From: Squalus acanthias
Taxonomy: Eukaryota
Direction of reading: 5' to 3'
Assembly (NCBI GenBank): GCA_030390025.1
Contig: CM059432.1
Span: forward strand, 74,402,001 to 74,466,000
Length of the DNA: 64,000 nt
Shown: piece after piece, positions 50,044-63,450 of the stretch
Layout of the letters: every line of letters begins with the position of its first letter
Position numbering within the stretch: position 1 is the first letter of the stretch
Position numbers and translations under genes: made by a program
Notes under the pieces: generated by a model
The model's database searches: none
The model's input: the letters and a program-made list of their open reading frames with translations, nothing else
What the model was told of the DNA's origin: nothing

Positions 50044-51630
50044 CAACAACAACTTGTATTTATATAGTGCCTTTAACGTAGTAAAACGTCCCAAGGTGCT
50101 TCACAGGAGTGTTATAGGACAAAACTTTGACACCGATCCACATAAGATGAAATATGGGCAGATGACCAAAAGCTTGGTCAAAGAGGTAGGTTTTAAGGAG
50201 CGTCTTAAAGGAGGAAAGAGAGGTAGAGAGGCAGAGAGGTTTAGGGTGGGAGTTCCAGAGCTTAGGGCCTAGGCAGCTGAAAGCTCGGCCATCAATGGTG
50301 GAGCAATTATAGGTCGCACAACACCAGGTTATAGTCCAACAGTTTTATTTGAAATTTCAAATAAAACTGTTGGACTATAACCTGGTGTTGTGCGACCTCT
50401 CAATTTTGTCCACCCCAGTCCAACACCGGCATCTCCGCATCAGGAGCAATTATAGTCAGGGATGCTCAAGAGGGCAGAATTAGAGGAGCGCAGATATCTC
50501 GGTTGGGGGTGGGGGGTGTGGGCCTGGAGGAGATTACAGAGATAGGGAGGGGCGAGGCCATGGAGGGATTTGAATACAAGGATGAGAATTTTAAAATCGA
50601 GGCGTTGCTTAACTGGGAGCCAATGGAGGTCAGCAAGCACAGGGGTGATGGGTGAACGGGACTTAGTGCGAGTTAGGACACGGGCAGCAGAGTTTTGGAT
50701 GACCTCAAGTTTACATAGGGTAGAATGTGGGATGCCAGCCAGGAGTGCGTTGGAATAGTCAAGTCTAGAGGTAACAAAGGCATGGATGAGGGTTTCAGCA
50801 GCAGATGAGCTGAGGCAGAGGCAGAGATGGGCAATGTTACAGTGGTGGAAATAGGTGGTCTTAGTTATGCCACGGATATGTGGTCGGAAGCTCATTTCAG
50901 GGTCAAATATGACACCAAGGTTGCGAACAGTCTGGTTCAGACTCAGACAGATGTTAAGGAAAGGGATGGAGTCGGTGGCTGGGAATGGAGTTTGTGGCGA
51001 GAACCAAAGACAATGGCTTCGGTCTTCCTAATATTTAATTGGAGAAAATTTCTGCTCATCCAGTACTGGATGTCGGACAAGCAGTCTGACAATTTAGAGA
51101 CCATGGAGGGGTCAAGAGGTAGTGGTGAGGTAGAGCTGGGTGTCGTCAGCGTACATGTGGAAACTGATGCCGTGTTTTCGGATGATGTCGCCAAGGGGCA
51201 GCATGTAGATGAGAAATAGGAGGGGGCCAAGGATAGACCCTTGGGGGACCCCAGAGGTAACGATGCAGGAGTGAGAAGATTAGGTGATTTTCTGGCTACG
51301 ATTAGATAGATAAGAATGGAACCAGGCAAGTACAGTCCCACCCAGCTGGACGATGGTGGAGAGGCATTGGGGGAGGATGGAGTGGTCAACCGTGTCAAAG
51401 GCTGCAGACAGGTCAAGATGGACGAGGAGGGATAGTTAACCTTTGTCACAGACACAAAGGATGTCATTTGTGACTTTGAGAGCTGTTTCGATACTGTGGC
51501 GGGGTGGAAACTGGATTGGAGGGATTCAAACATGGAATTCTGGGAAAGATGGGTACAGATTTGGGAGGCGACAACACATTGAAGGACTTTGGAGAGGAAA
51601 GGGAGGTTGGAGATGGGGTGTTAGTTTGCA
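50044..51630 (-). mobile_element. L2 LINE 3' fragment
   Basis: AETLIHAFVTSRLDYSNALL, LHWLPVKQRLDFK, NFLQLNIRKTE; (TTG)n tail. Confidence 0.92.
50311..50442. mobile_element. Minimal Penelope insertion: 88-bp perfect palindrome plus ~43-bp tail
   Basis: Homologous to 39047-39130; TSD GGAGCAATTAT(AG) at 50300 and 50443. Confidence 0.9.
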
Positions 51631-52100
51631 AGGACTCAACGTCTTAGTGCTGCAGTGGAAACGCAGACCGTTCACATGAAGTCTCAGCTTGATGCCACCC
51701 AAGCTCAGACTGCTGTCATTGTGGCTTGGTTTACCACTGTCGATCGGGGCTTGCAGGGTGTCACAGCAGCCAAGCAATCCCTGGGGGAGTGGCAATGGGT
51801 CTGTGGAGCAGGACCCTGCTGTCCTCTCTCAGAAGACAGCATTTCTGTTCCCACCACTGCCACTCCGCCATTGCCCTTGCCGCTACTTGTCAGCAGCTAG
51901 GCCAGACTGCTGCCACCCATGCCGAGGTGGTGCAGTCTACAGCCGGGCCTCTAGGTCCAGAGTTGCTCGAGGTCATCCTGCAAGGCCATTTGAAGTCTCC
52001 CCCATGGAAACTCAGCAGCCTTCCACCAGCCATGCTGCAGCCACTGGGGGAGCACTTCGTAGGAGCACTAGGCCTGGTAAGCGACCTGAACGACAGGCAC

Positions 52101-52618
52101 TTTTTTTTCATTCATTCATGCGATGTGGGCGTCACTGGCAAGGCCAGCATTTATTGCCATCCCTAATTGCCCTTGAGAAGGTGGTGGTGAGCCGCATTCT
52201 TGAACCGCTGCAGTCCGTGTGGTGAAGGTACTCCCACAGTGCTGTTAGGGAGGGAGTTCCAGGATTTTGACCCAGCGACGATGAAGGAATGGCGATATAT
52301 TTCCAAGTCAGGATGGTGTGTGACTTGGAGGGGAACTTGGAGGTGATGGTGTTCCCATGTGCCTGCTGCCCTTGTCCTTCTAGGTGGTAGAGGTCGCGGG
52401 TTTGGGAGGTGCTGTCGAAGAAGCCTTGGCGAGTTGCTGCAGTGCATCTTGTAGATGATACACACTGCAGCCACGGTACGCCGGTGGTGGAGGGAGTGAA
52501 TTTTCAAGGTGGTGGATGGGGTGCCAATCAAGTGGGCTGCTTTGTCCTGGATGGTGTCGAGCTTCTTGAGTGTTGTTGGAGCTGCACTCATCTCAGCAAG
52601 TGGAGAGTATTCCATCAC
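52101..52618 (-). mobile_element. Family B LINE 3' fragment
   Basis: MEYSPLA...FKNAAHHHLLKGN*, 3' UTR, poly(A). Confidence 0.92.
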
Positions 52619-52809
52619 TAAGAGATTGCACAAGGGTGATCTGTTGATATCGTATGTGTAAAATGATTTTTGATAAATTTATTAATTTTGTTTTGAATCG
52701 TTTGTGGTGGCTCTCATTTCAGCTTTGTGCTGAAGAGGATGCTGTGATATTCTGTGATAGAGGGATGGTATGATGGGGATGTGGTGAGCAACGGAGATCT
52801 GAGCTTTCA

Positions 52810-53735
52810 TTCATTCGAATCATAGTCTGATGAGGTGTTCACGGACAGCGGAACCGTTGCGTCAGTAGCCAGATGATCTGCTCGATGATGTTCCTGGTGG
52901 CAGCTTGGCTCCCATTATATGAGTGCTGGGCACGAGTGTTGGGGTTGCGGAGGGGAGTCATGAGCCAGGTGGACGGTGGATAGCCCTTGTCTCCAAACAG
53001 CCACCCTTGAGTTTGCTATGGTGGCTGGAAGATTGCTGGCACACCAGACTGACACAGGATGTAGGCATCATGGCTGCTGCCAGGTTAGTGGGCATTGACC
53101 ATCAGGAAGCGCTGGGCGTGGTCGCTCACCAACTGCACATTAGGTGAGTGGTAGCCTTTGCAGTTATGGAAAATCTCAGGATTGTTATGCGGCGCCAGCA
53201 AAGCCACGTGGGTGCAGTCGATGGCGCCCTGCACCGTGGGGAAGCCTGCTATCCTGGCAAAGCCACATGCATGCTTGTCCTGCTTCACTCTGCTCAAAGA
53301 AGAAAACGTAATCCCTTCTCCTGGTGGAGAGAGCCTATGTGGCTTCCCGGATGCAGTGATTGTGAGATGTTAGCTATGTCTCCTGCTGCAGACTGGAAGG
53401 ATCCGCTGGTGAAGAAATTGAGGGCCACGGTGACCTTGATGGCCACTGGAAGAGCTGTAGACCCCTGCTCTGAGGCTGCAGGTCTGATTGCAGGAGGTGG
53501 CAGTTCTGTAACCACCTCCTTGGTGAAGTGTAACCTTCTAATACACTGCTCCTCGCTTAAATGGATATAAGAGAAGTGCTCTCCTGAAGACCCTAGGTAG
53601 GTAAGGCCTCCTGTTGAGAGCCCTCCTGGCCCTCCTTCTCCTCCCTCTGCGTGCATCTTCTTGCCGTCTTCGCTGCCTCCGCCCCCTCTCCCTAAGATAC
53701 TCGAGCATGAGGGGGACTGCCAGTAGAGCCCCCAT
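52810..53735 (-). pseudogene. Harbinger transposase, frameshifted
   Basis: LPVAIKVTVALNFFTSGSFQ; AGFPTVQGAIDCTHVAL; CKGYHSPNVQLVSD. Confidence 0.88.
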
Positions 53736-54314
53736 GACTGTGAGCAAGTGTTGTGAGCAGAAGCCTTTAAATATGAATGAAGGCGTTCTCCACTTGCAAC
53801 AACACCCCTGTCACCTTAGGACCTTGAAAGAAGTTAATAAAGCTGCTGGAGTTGCAGAAAGTAGCACAGAGCCAGTCAGAAACATGTCAGGTGCAAGTTA
53901 TTGCTGATGATCCCTTTTAATACCGCTGCTGGAGCCTCCTTCCTGCTTCTCTGTGCTTGCTCAGCTCCTCGCACTTAAGACATGCCGGTAAGCGGAGCGG
54001 CGAAGTCGAAACTCGCAGATCGGGCCTCAAGTGATGTTGCACACTCACTGATGTCACGATCTGCATCATCTATATAATTTTGCCTAGCGCCAACATCGGC
54101 AGCGCTGCTGGCCACCCAAAAATGATGGCTGCCGCAGGACCTGTCGGCATTTGTAAAAAGAGTTTCTGTTGAAGTTACGGCGGTGGAGCAGGAGCTGCTC
54201 AGAGGAAATTCCTGGTCATAGAAATGTTTTGGGCAGGAAGAGATTATTATTCCATCTAGTTTATCTGTCAGATCTCCCATCAGTTTCCTTACCATGATTC
54301 TAGAACTATATAGT

Positions 54315-54580
54315 CAAGTGTCAGACTTGGATTAGTGGTTGCATTCTCACCTCTGAGTCTGAAGGTAGAGTTTTCAAGCACTACTCCAGAACTTGTGCAT
54401 ACATTCTAGGTTGATACTTCAGTGCATACTGAGGGAATGCTGCATTGTTGCATGTGTCATTTGTTGAATGAAATGTTAAACCTTTGAATGAAATGTCTGA
54501 CCTCTAAGCTTGATGTAAATGATCCCATGGCATTATTTGAATAACAATAGGGGAGTTCACCCAGTGTCCTGACTAACATT
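54315..54580 (+). mobile_element. Deu-domain SINE 5' part
   Basis: Degraded tRNA head; CAGTGCATACTGAGGGAATGCTGCATTG...GATCCCATGGCA. Confidence 0.7.
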
Positions 54581-55099
54581 AACATTAATGTCGCTCGCCA
54601 TATTGGTAAAGGCCAGTTGTGTCTTCCAGATCCAAGTAGAAAATACACTTCAACCAGTCTCTATAAAGAAAAGATTATTATCTTCATATGACTATCCAGT
54701 GCTGAGACAAGACTGGAACCACAGGAGTGACTTGTTCTGTTGTTTAGCTGAGCATATTATTATGGGGAAATTTATACTGTGGAGCACAGGATTTGAGGAA
54801 TTGAACTTTTTATACAAAAATCTACAATGGTATGCAGGAATTTCTGCTGGCATTTCTGCAATCTCTTATGCTTACCACAATTACCATTTTATCCCTACAA
54901 TCTATTTAATCATCTACCCCACCTGAATCTAAAATATCAAGGGATAGCTCATACGTTAATTCAAAGAATTTATCATGTTGACGAGTATATTGATCAATGC
55001 AAGATGGAAATTTGCAAGTTAAGACTATTGTTACGTGCGATGCTATAACAATCTTGATTTGACTGATAGTTCCTATTATTTGTGAAGAACATTATTGCA

Positions 55100-55910
55100 C
55101 TAGTCCTGTTCCTATGTACAAACTCTGTTCCCTAGCCACCGACTCCATCCCTCTCCCTGGCAACTGTCTGAGGCTGAACCAGACCGTTCCCAACCTTGGT
55201 GTTGTATTTGATTCTGAGTTGAGCTTCCGACAACATATCCGTGCCATCACCAAGACTGCATACTTCCAGCTCCGTAAATTTGCCTGACTCTGCCCTTGTC
55301 TCAGCTCATCTACTGCTGACACCCTCATCCATGTCTTTGTTACCTCTAAACTTAACCATTCTAACACGTTCCTGTCTGGCCTCCCATCTTCCACCCTCCC
55401 TAAACCTGAGCTCATCCAAACCTCTGCTGGCCGTATCCTATCTCGCACCAAATCCCGTTCACACGTCACCCCTGTGCTCGCTGACCTATATTGGTTCCCG
55501 GTCTGGTAACGCCTCAATTTTAAAATTCTCATCCTTGTTTTCAAATTCCTCCATGGCCTCGCCCCTTCCTATCTCTGCAACCTCCTCCAGCCCCACAACC
55601 CTCCGAGATCTCTGCGCTCCTCCAATTCTGGCCTCTTGCGCATCCCCTATTTTAATCGCTCCACTATTGGTGGCCGTGCTTTCAGCTGCCTAGGCCCTAA
55701 GCTCTGGAATTCCCTCCCTAAACCACTCCGCCTCTCTACCTCTCTCTCCTCTTTTAAGATGCTCCTTAAAACCTACCTCTTTGACCAAGCTTTTGGTAAT
55801 TCTGTCCTAATATCTCCTTATGTGGCTCGGTGTGAAATTTGTTAATGCTCCGTGAAGTGCCTTGGAACGTTTTACTATATTAAAGGCGCTATATAAATAC
55901 AAGTTGTTTT
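55100..55910 (+). mobile_element. L2 LINE 3' fragment
   Basis: Collinear with the reverse complement of ~50044-51000; GGRAFSCLGPKLWNSLP. Confidence 0.92.
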
Positions 55911-57759
55911 TGTTAGTCACAGCTGAATAATATTGGATTAATATTCTGATGTTTGGGGGTTTCAGAGAAACTTAACAGTTTTATGTCTTAAGTGTCACTT
56001 GTGGTTATTCACCTCAGGAGATCAGATAATACGAGGAAGTTCTAGGACAGTATAAATTGTACGTGGTATTTCCACTGAACTGACCTACATTCCTGAGTTG
56101 AGACCCACATCTTAAAATTTTTCTCACCCAGTCAAGTGTCAGGACATTATAGATTAACTTGTGATACTATTTTTTCAGGAACATTGAACAGTGAGTTATC
56201 TCAATAGTGTCCCAGCAAACGAGTGCTACCAAAATAAGTCAGCTCCTCATTGGTACCCATCATCTCCATGTCTCCATACAATTTTATTGGCATGAATGTA
56301 AAAACAACTCCCAGGAGAAAATGTGCCGTATATAGGAAAGGTGAATGGGCTCAGTGGGCTGAACATCCTTTTCTTATTCTATTCTTATGTTCTTGTGATC
56401 TGGGATCACTAAAGCTGTAAATAAAGGATGTTGCAGAAAGGAACAAGTGCTTGCCACAGTGGGCTGTCAATTAAGAGTGACTGAAGACTGAGTAATATAT
56501 ATGCTTGCAAACACTCGGGTGCAGCTGTTAATGTCCTTTAGATGGTATCGCAGTAGTGAAATGTTTTTGCTTACTGCCCAAGTGAGAATTCTGCAAATCT
56601 CCAACAAGCAGCACTTTAACTTAATGATGGCATAGATTAAGGTCAGATCCTCGTGTGACTCTTAACTGACCGAATATGCCACATTACTATTCACAATCAG
56701 CATATGGCTAATTGGCTCAATTGTTTTTATTAATCCATCACCATAAGGGATTTACCACCGTTAAAGCTATATCAGAATTGCAGACAGATATAAATATCAT
56801 CCAACCATCTAACAAACTGTCATTTTTTGCACAGTGATAAGTCATTTTAAAATGACCACCTGGCAGAATACCATCCTCTAACATTTTTTTAAATTAAACG
56901 TTTTATAAGAATGGGGTTACCTTTGTTTTTGAGGGCACAGATTCTATCACATGCTAAAGTACTGCCCAACTAATCATTTGTACTTCTACAGTGAATGAGA
57001 GTCATAAGCCTGCACTCAGAATGGATGTAACTGTCTCCAAGGACCATTATGAAGTTATATGATAAGGCTGCAGTCACACAAACAGGTCAATCATGGAAGA
57101 GAAGGTGGAATGAGAGTGTCAAGGGGCTGAACAATCCTGTCAGTTGTCTCCGGGACTGGGGGTGGGGATGGGGGGGGGGGGGGGCGGATGATGGGAGGGG
57201 ACGGCTGAATTCCTGTCAGCATTCCTATAAAAACTGCACAATAATGGGGAGAAAACAGAGTTTCTATTCTCCATGTTTGATTCATAGGAGGATTCTGGGA
57301 TGAATAATTGTAACAGATAACCATACTCAGTGAAAAAAATCTTTATTTTTAATGAATTGAATTGACAATATCCTGTTGCAACTCTTGAGGGATTTTTTTC
57401 TTTCCATATATATATGTTAGACTGGACATACAGTGCAATACATTTGTGGGAATCAATACCAATTCATAAAGGATAAACTCTTTATTTATCCCCAGAATGT
57501 GGGAACTCAATCTATCTTGAGGCAAGCAGCAATCCTTTTGCAAGACATTTCAGGCACGCAGAATCTATGCGCTGTTAATAGCTGACCAGACAAAGCCCTC
57601 TGCATCTTCATCCCCTCCCCCACACCAATTTGCTTCCCTAGCCATTCCAGTCCTGAAGGCAGTGACTCATGCAGGAATACAGTTCCACAGGTACTGGCAG
57701 TCTTCCAGCAACTCACCAAAGCAGCCACTCTTTGTGTGAGTCCGGAGCATTATTAACCT

Positions 57760-58560
57760 ACTAGGGGAGCACAGCTGAGCCTCATCCTGCCCTTCCCACT
57801 GGCAGGAATTTTCCTTCCCACCCCCAATGCTGCCAAAACTGCAGCAGGGCAGGACGTGCTACTGACCTCAGCCTATTTTCTGGGATGAGCTTTATTTAAA
57901 GAATTTAGGTGGACTAGCCAGTGGGATTCCCCCTTGTTCAGGACCCTGCCTTGGGGTAGAATGGGAAATCGCTGCTGCAGGCCTCTGGTACCTACAGTAG
58001 TGATTTCCGACCTTCGCCCGGGGCAGGCCCCCCAAGGCCCATGGCCGGGTATCTCCATGACAGTTGGAATTTTTTTTTAAGTTTCACCCCACGATCGATC
58101 AACCAACAATTAATTACTGTCCCTTGGGAGGAAGGTGCATTTTAACTCCCGCTCCCCTGTCATAACATCACTGGATGCCAGGAATGCACAGGTGTTCCTA
58201 ATGTCCAGTGTTGGTATGACATTAATGCTGTTATTAACATGATCTTATTAATGGAACGGCTCACTGTCTAATTTTCCTCCCCTCACTTGCTGGAGTTACA
58301 CTGGGAAATCAGCATAACACTAGAGGAAAATCAGCCCCCTGATGTCTACACACATACCCATTCCAGCAAGGGTCACTAGATATTAAACAGGAGTGCGACT
58401 TCAACCAACATTTCCTCCTTACTGGCTCTGGCAGTTTGAGATCAATTGTAACTCCTCCATTGCCACCTCAGTTGAAATTAACTAATTTAGAGCAGACCAG
58501 AGATCAAACTTGGGACTTTCTTATTTTATATGGCTCAGTACATTTATCCACTGCATCATT
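57760..58560 (-). mobile_element. Old SINE-like element interrupted by a Harbinger-type MITE (~57801-58337)
   Basis: GGCAGGAATTTTCCT / AGGAAAATCAGCCC ends; flanks resemble 12421-12560 and 42180-42310. Confidence 0.55.
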
Positions 58561-59879
58561 GGAATGCTCTTTTAACCATCCAGCAAGTACAAGAGTCTCT
58601 CAATAACTGCATGACAGATTTCAAATGAATGATGGAAAATTCCTCCTGTACTGCAGCTTCCTTAAATGCTCTGTTTCAGCATCTACCAGTATCCACTGCC
58701 ATACACCAGGCTGCTGATAAAAGCAAGGACAGATACCTCAGGAAATTGATCCTGATGTTTGCTTTGAGCCGAAGAAAGGCCTGGAGAATTGTGCACAGTT
58801 TGCAGTTAAATATTTCCAAAACTACTTAAAGGAGTTACGTGATTCAAAACTTGGAAATATCAAGCAGGATTTTAAAAATCTTGATGTTTGCAGCTTGAGG
58901 TAAGAATAATACCAACATCAGGAAGATCAGAACCAACACGTTTTGAAAATACAACCCTCTCTCAGAGAGGAATCCTTTTTTCTTTCTTTCAAATTGACAG
59001 TTCACAGCACACTGTGACACTAATCTGCTTTCCAAACTGTGGAACAAAAACAAGCTGTCGTCACCCTGTTCCTTTGCCCTAAGGTTATACTTTCACCTTT
59101 TGACCCCTCAAAGAACCCTTCAACAACCAACTACTTGAGAACGCAATTATTAATAATGCATCTGGCCCTTACTGTGCTGTTGCAGCACTCATAATGCACT
59201 TGTTTTATGGCCCTTGTTTGTGTCGGTCAAAGTCAAAATTTATGACATTAACATTTTCATTGCTGGTTAAAAATTCAGTTGCAGAGTGAGGTTTTTTTTT
59301 CAATAGGAATACAAAGTTATAGTCCTAGACTGTCATACAGGCTTCATGGTCACAGCTGTGGTCTTTGTTCTGTTGAAATTAATCCTAGAGCCACCTCACA
59401 GCTGTTGAAACCTCTCCCCCCCTCCAGTGACAGTAATCCCTGCTTTGTAATATGCACCATTTTGCACAGTTTAGAATTGGGCTGCTTGCTTGAGACCTGT
59501 GATTTTGAATACATTATCACACAATTAATAACAAAGTTTGTATTGCTTTATGATGAATTATAATGCATCATGGGTTAAAGAGCATTTTATATCAAAATTC
59601 ATCTCAAAAGATAAATAAAATGTATTGAGTTACGTGATAATAAACCCTACTTGGATTGTGACTATAGTGCTGTTGGTGTAAAGATTTAAAATGGCAGAAT
59701 TATGTTATTAATTGGATCTGTCTAATATACAAAATTAATGAAATAAAAGAAAAGGGATATTTTTTGTGAATACAATTTTTACAGTAACATTATTTCTAAA
59801 AGTATGCATATATTTTCTATTTGCAAAATTTAGAATAAACTGGCAGTTAATCTCTGGGAGAATCTATTATTAGAAGGTA

Positions 59880-60935
59880 CCGATATAGGGTAACCCTGTG
59901 GATGTTGGCTATTTGGACTTCCAGAAGACATTTGATAAGGTTTCACACAAGAAATTATTAGCGAAAATGAAAGCGCATGGAATTGGAGGTAACCTTGTGA
60001 CATGGGTTAATAATTGGTTGAGAGGTAGGAGACTGAGTGTAGGGATAAAAGGAATTTTCTCTGATTGGCAGGATGTGACAAGTGGTGTTCCCAAGAGATC
60101 TGTACTGGGGCCTCAGCTTTTCACCTTATATATTAATGACTTGGATGAAGGAATAGATTTGTATATTCAAGTTTGCAGATGACACTAAGTTAAGAGGCAC
60201 AGTATGTTGTGTAGATGGGAGCAGGAAGTTACAAAGGGATATAGATAGACTGTAAATGTGCAAAAAAAGTTATTGGAATTTTTTTTTTATTTGTTCATGG
60301 GATGTGGGCATCACTGGCAAGGCCAGCATTTATTGCCCAATCCTTAGTTGCCTTTGAGAAGGTGGTGGTGAACCGCCTTCTTGAACTGCTGCAGTCCATA
60401 TGGTGAAGGTACTCCCACAGTGCTGTTAGGGAGGGAGTTCCAGGATTTTGACCCAGCGACAATGAAGGAACACCGATATACTTCCAAGTCAGGATGGTGT
60501 GTGACTTGGAGGTGGTGGTGTTCCAATGCGCCTGCTGCCCTTGTCCTTCTAGGTGGTAGAGGTCACGGGTTTGGGAGGTGCTGTCGAAGTAGCCTTGGTG
60601 AGTTGCTGCAGTGCATCTTGTAGATGGTACACACTGCAGCCACGGTATGCCGGTGGTGGAGGGAGTGAATGTTTAAGGTAGTGGATGGGGTGCCAATCAA
60701 GTGGGCTGCTTTGTCTTGGATGGAATGTTGGCCTTTATCTCAAGGGGTTGGAATACAAGGATGAAGTAATGCTTCAGTTGTACAGAGCCTTGGTCAGACC
60801 CTATCTGAAGTATTGCATTCAATTTTGGGCACCGATCCTCAGGAAATATATATTGGCTTTGGCGAGGGTACAGCGCAGATTCATCAGAATGATACCCGGT
60901 TTAAAGGGCTAGATTATGAGGATAGGTTGCATAAA
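59880..60935 (+). mobile_element. CR1 RT fragment interrupted by family B
   Basis: YLDFQKTFD, GVPKRSVLGP, then LYRALVRPYLKYC after 60722. Confidence 0.85.
60278..60722 (-). mobile_element. Family B LINE 3' fragment
   Basis: SWNSLPNSTVGVPSP...HHHLLKGN*, poly(A). Confidence 0.9.
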
Positions 60936-61621
60936 CACTACCCAACGGGCAGCTTCACCCCTCAGTCACACATACTGGAAAATCACGCGCGTGCTACACA
61001 TTAATATCTGTGCAGTAAATTAATTGAAATGAAAACAAATGGATGGAAAGTGATGGACAACACATCTGTAATTTCCTGACATGGACGGTTGGCCAAGTGA
61101 TGCTCCCTACCAGTACTGCACATTTGTAAAATTGGCTCTGTGGCGTTGACTCCACCCTCCAGAATATGGTACCAGTTGGTGCTTTTGGGGCTCTTTGTAA
61201 AGCAATCTACCTTCTTTGCCAATTAATGGTTTACTTATATGGTGTGCTGCTTTTCTTCTTTCCATTTTCTTCCCTTCTCTCCTGAAGATCCTTGCCGAGG
61301 CATGGTTCCAACGGTCCCAGTCACAATCAGCCTGCCCCAGCAAAGTGGCCATTATTCACATGTAAATGTCAGCAGGCTATCCGATTGTGGAGAACATCAC
61401 AGTTGCTGCCCACACTCTCCGCACCTGACAACTAAAGCAAAAATACAGCACAGACCAGCTATTTTCCTTGTCTGTTCCCTTCACTCTTCAAGATGCTGAC
61501 TGTGGCTGGGATATGGTTCCATGGGCGTTGGTAACCCTCCTGCATCTTGCTCAAATAACCATTGTTCACGTGTGAGCCTAGAGAGTGAATATTGGCTGAC
61601 TATTTAACCATTGAACACATA

Positions 61622-63330
61622 GGCCGGAATTTTCTGTACCTGGGCGGGTCGGGTGTGGGCGGTCGCCGTGCCAGGTCGCGATCTCGTCCTTCATTCCATC
61701 CCGCTCCTGAGATGGACTTTCTGTTAATGGCGCCTATTAAGCCCACCCTGCGCGTTACCCGGCCCTATTAAATGGTGCGGGACTGATGATGTCATCGATG
61801 ACGCATCTTCAGCCGGGATATTTAAAGGAGCCTCGGCCACATTGCATTTGAAGGTTCATCTAGCAGTGTGCAGGCACTGCACTGGACCATTGGAGTGTTA
61901 CAAAGAGTTTTAAACATGACTGCACAGAGGCAGAGAGCTGCACCCAGGTTCTCAGATGACTCCCTCCATATGCTTGTGGAGGGAGTGAGAGCACGCAGGG
62001 AGGTCCTCTTCCCTTCCGATGGACGGAAGAGACCTCCCCAACAGACCAAAAGAGCCTGGCTCCAAATAGCAGAGGAGGTCAACAGCAGGGATATGGTGAG
62101 GAGGACCTAGGTGCAGTGCCGCAAACGTTTCAATGATCTCATTAGAGCAGGAAAGGTGAGTACAAAGCCACACTCAACTTCAGCCTGCTATGCCTCTCAT
62201 CACAACCCCATCACTCTGCCTTCCCAACCCTACTCCTGCACATCCTTACACCAACATACCTTGCACGTCCACCCATCCCTCTCTCTATCTACATTATCAA
62301 ATCCCCATCTGACTAACCACCCCTCACACTCACCCTCACCCTAGTGCAATCATACCAACTAACAACACACGAGGAGGCCACTTGGCATTGGCACTCCACT
62401 CCATCATAGTCACCTGCTAAAGATGTAACCCATCCATTCCTTACACTCATTCCATCAGTCTCACTCAACCTTCTCTTCTTTCCCTCCTGGAAGGAAAAGA
62501 GAGCCGCTCCTCTGGGCTGCAGGTCTTGCTCCAGTAATCTGCAAATGTCTGCGATGACCTGGCGTGATAGCCTGAGCCTCCTTTGGCACTGCTGCTCCAT
62601 CATGTTGAGGAAGCTCATCCTCTGCCTCTATACACTGTGTTGGGGGTATAGCCTCTGGCGCGGGGCAGTCCTGCGCTGATGCCCTCTGTCCTGTGCAGCA
62701 TCAGGTGGTTGAGGAGAAGGTTGGTGGTGTTGTTGTTGGTGCTGCTGGTGTTGGGGCTCATCGTGGTCCAGTTCTGAGGACCAAGGTGAGACAGTATAAA
62801 CGGCACCCATTATGATGTAATAGATGGCAGGTCAAGTAGAGATGACAGAAGCTATCTGCCAGTGGTGTGATAGGCTCTACCAATGAGGTGACAGTGGATC
62901 CCGACTTTGCTGGAAACACTTGCAACCTCTACAAAGTTAAATCTGTGCTGACAAAGCACTCAGCAACAGCATCTGCTTTAGGAAAGTGACCAGCTGTCAG
63001 GTGAGAGTTTTTATTGTACTTTTCATGCTGTGCACTAATGAGGTGTATCAATGGCCACTGAACTTCCACCTCAGGTTCACAGACGTGGTTCCTGTGCTGC
63101 GTGATTCCAGTGCTCATCCAGTGAAATTTGAAAGGTAGGGTTAAAAAGACGTTGAAGGGTCTGACAAGTACCTCATAATGATCTCAATTACTTTATCCGC
63201 TTTTGCCGTTCGGGTCGCTGGCAAACGCGCCCGAGGGAAAGACGCATGGGGGCAGGATAATGGCGGGTTCCCGACCCGCTCCAAGGTTTTTCAAATTTCC
63301 CTCTCGCACAGACCCCAGAAAATTCCGGCC
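61622..63330. mobile_element. 1.7-kb Harbinger internal-deletion derivative
   Basis: Perfect 15-bp TIRs GGCCGGAATTTTCTG / CAGAAAATTCCGGCC; TSD ATA; Myb exon 1 at 61916-62155 (+, one stop); transposase N-terminus at 62810-~62505 (-). Confidence 0.93.
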
Positions 63331-63450
63331 ATAATCTAGGCTGAAACTTAAATGCAGTATTGAGGGAATGCTACATTATTGGATGTGCCATCTTTCAGAT
63401 GAGAAATTAACCTGAGGCTCCATCTGTCTGTTCCGCTAAATGCAAAATAT
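63331..63450 (+). mobile_element. Deu-domain SINE fragment (target of the Harbinger)
   Basis: ATAATCTAGGCTGA...CAGTATTGAGGGAATGCTACATT...TCTTTCAGATGAGA, homologous to ~54400-54480. Confidence 0.65.

Larger units (their letters stand above)
45645..54130. mobile_element. PIF/Harbinger transposon broken by several nested retroelements
   Basis: Myb-like gene on + from 45950 (pieces to ~47135, 49936-50040, 51635-52100); transposase on - at 53735-~52810; related to 9029-11931; ends approximate. Confidence 0.85.

Noticed and set aside
54588..54926. 112-aa ORF as a host exon
   Set aside because: No recognisable homology, weak splice signals, and adjacent to a SINE.
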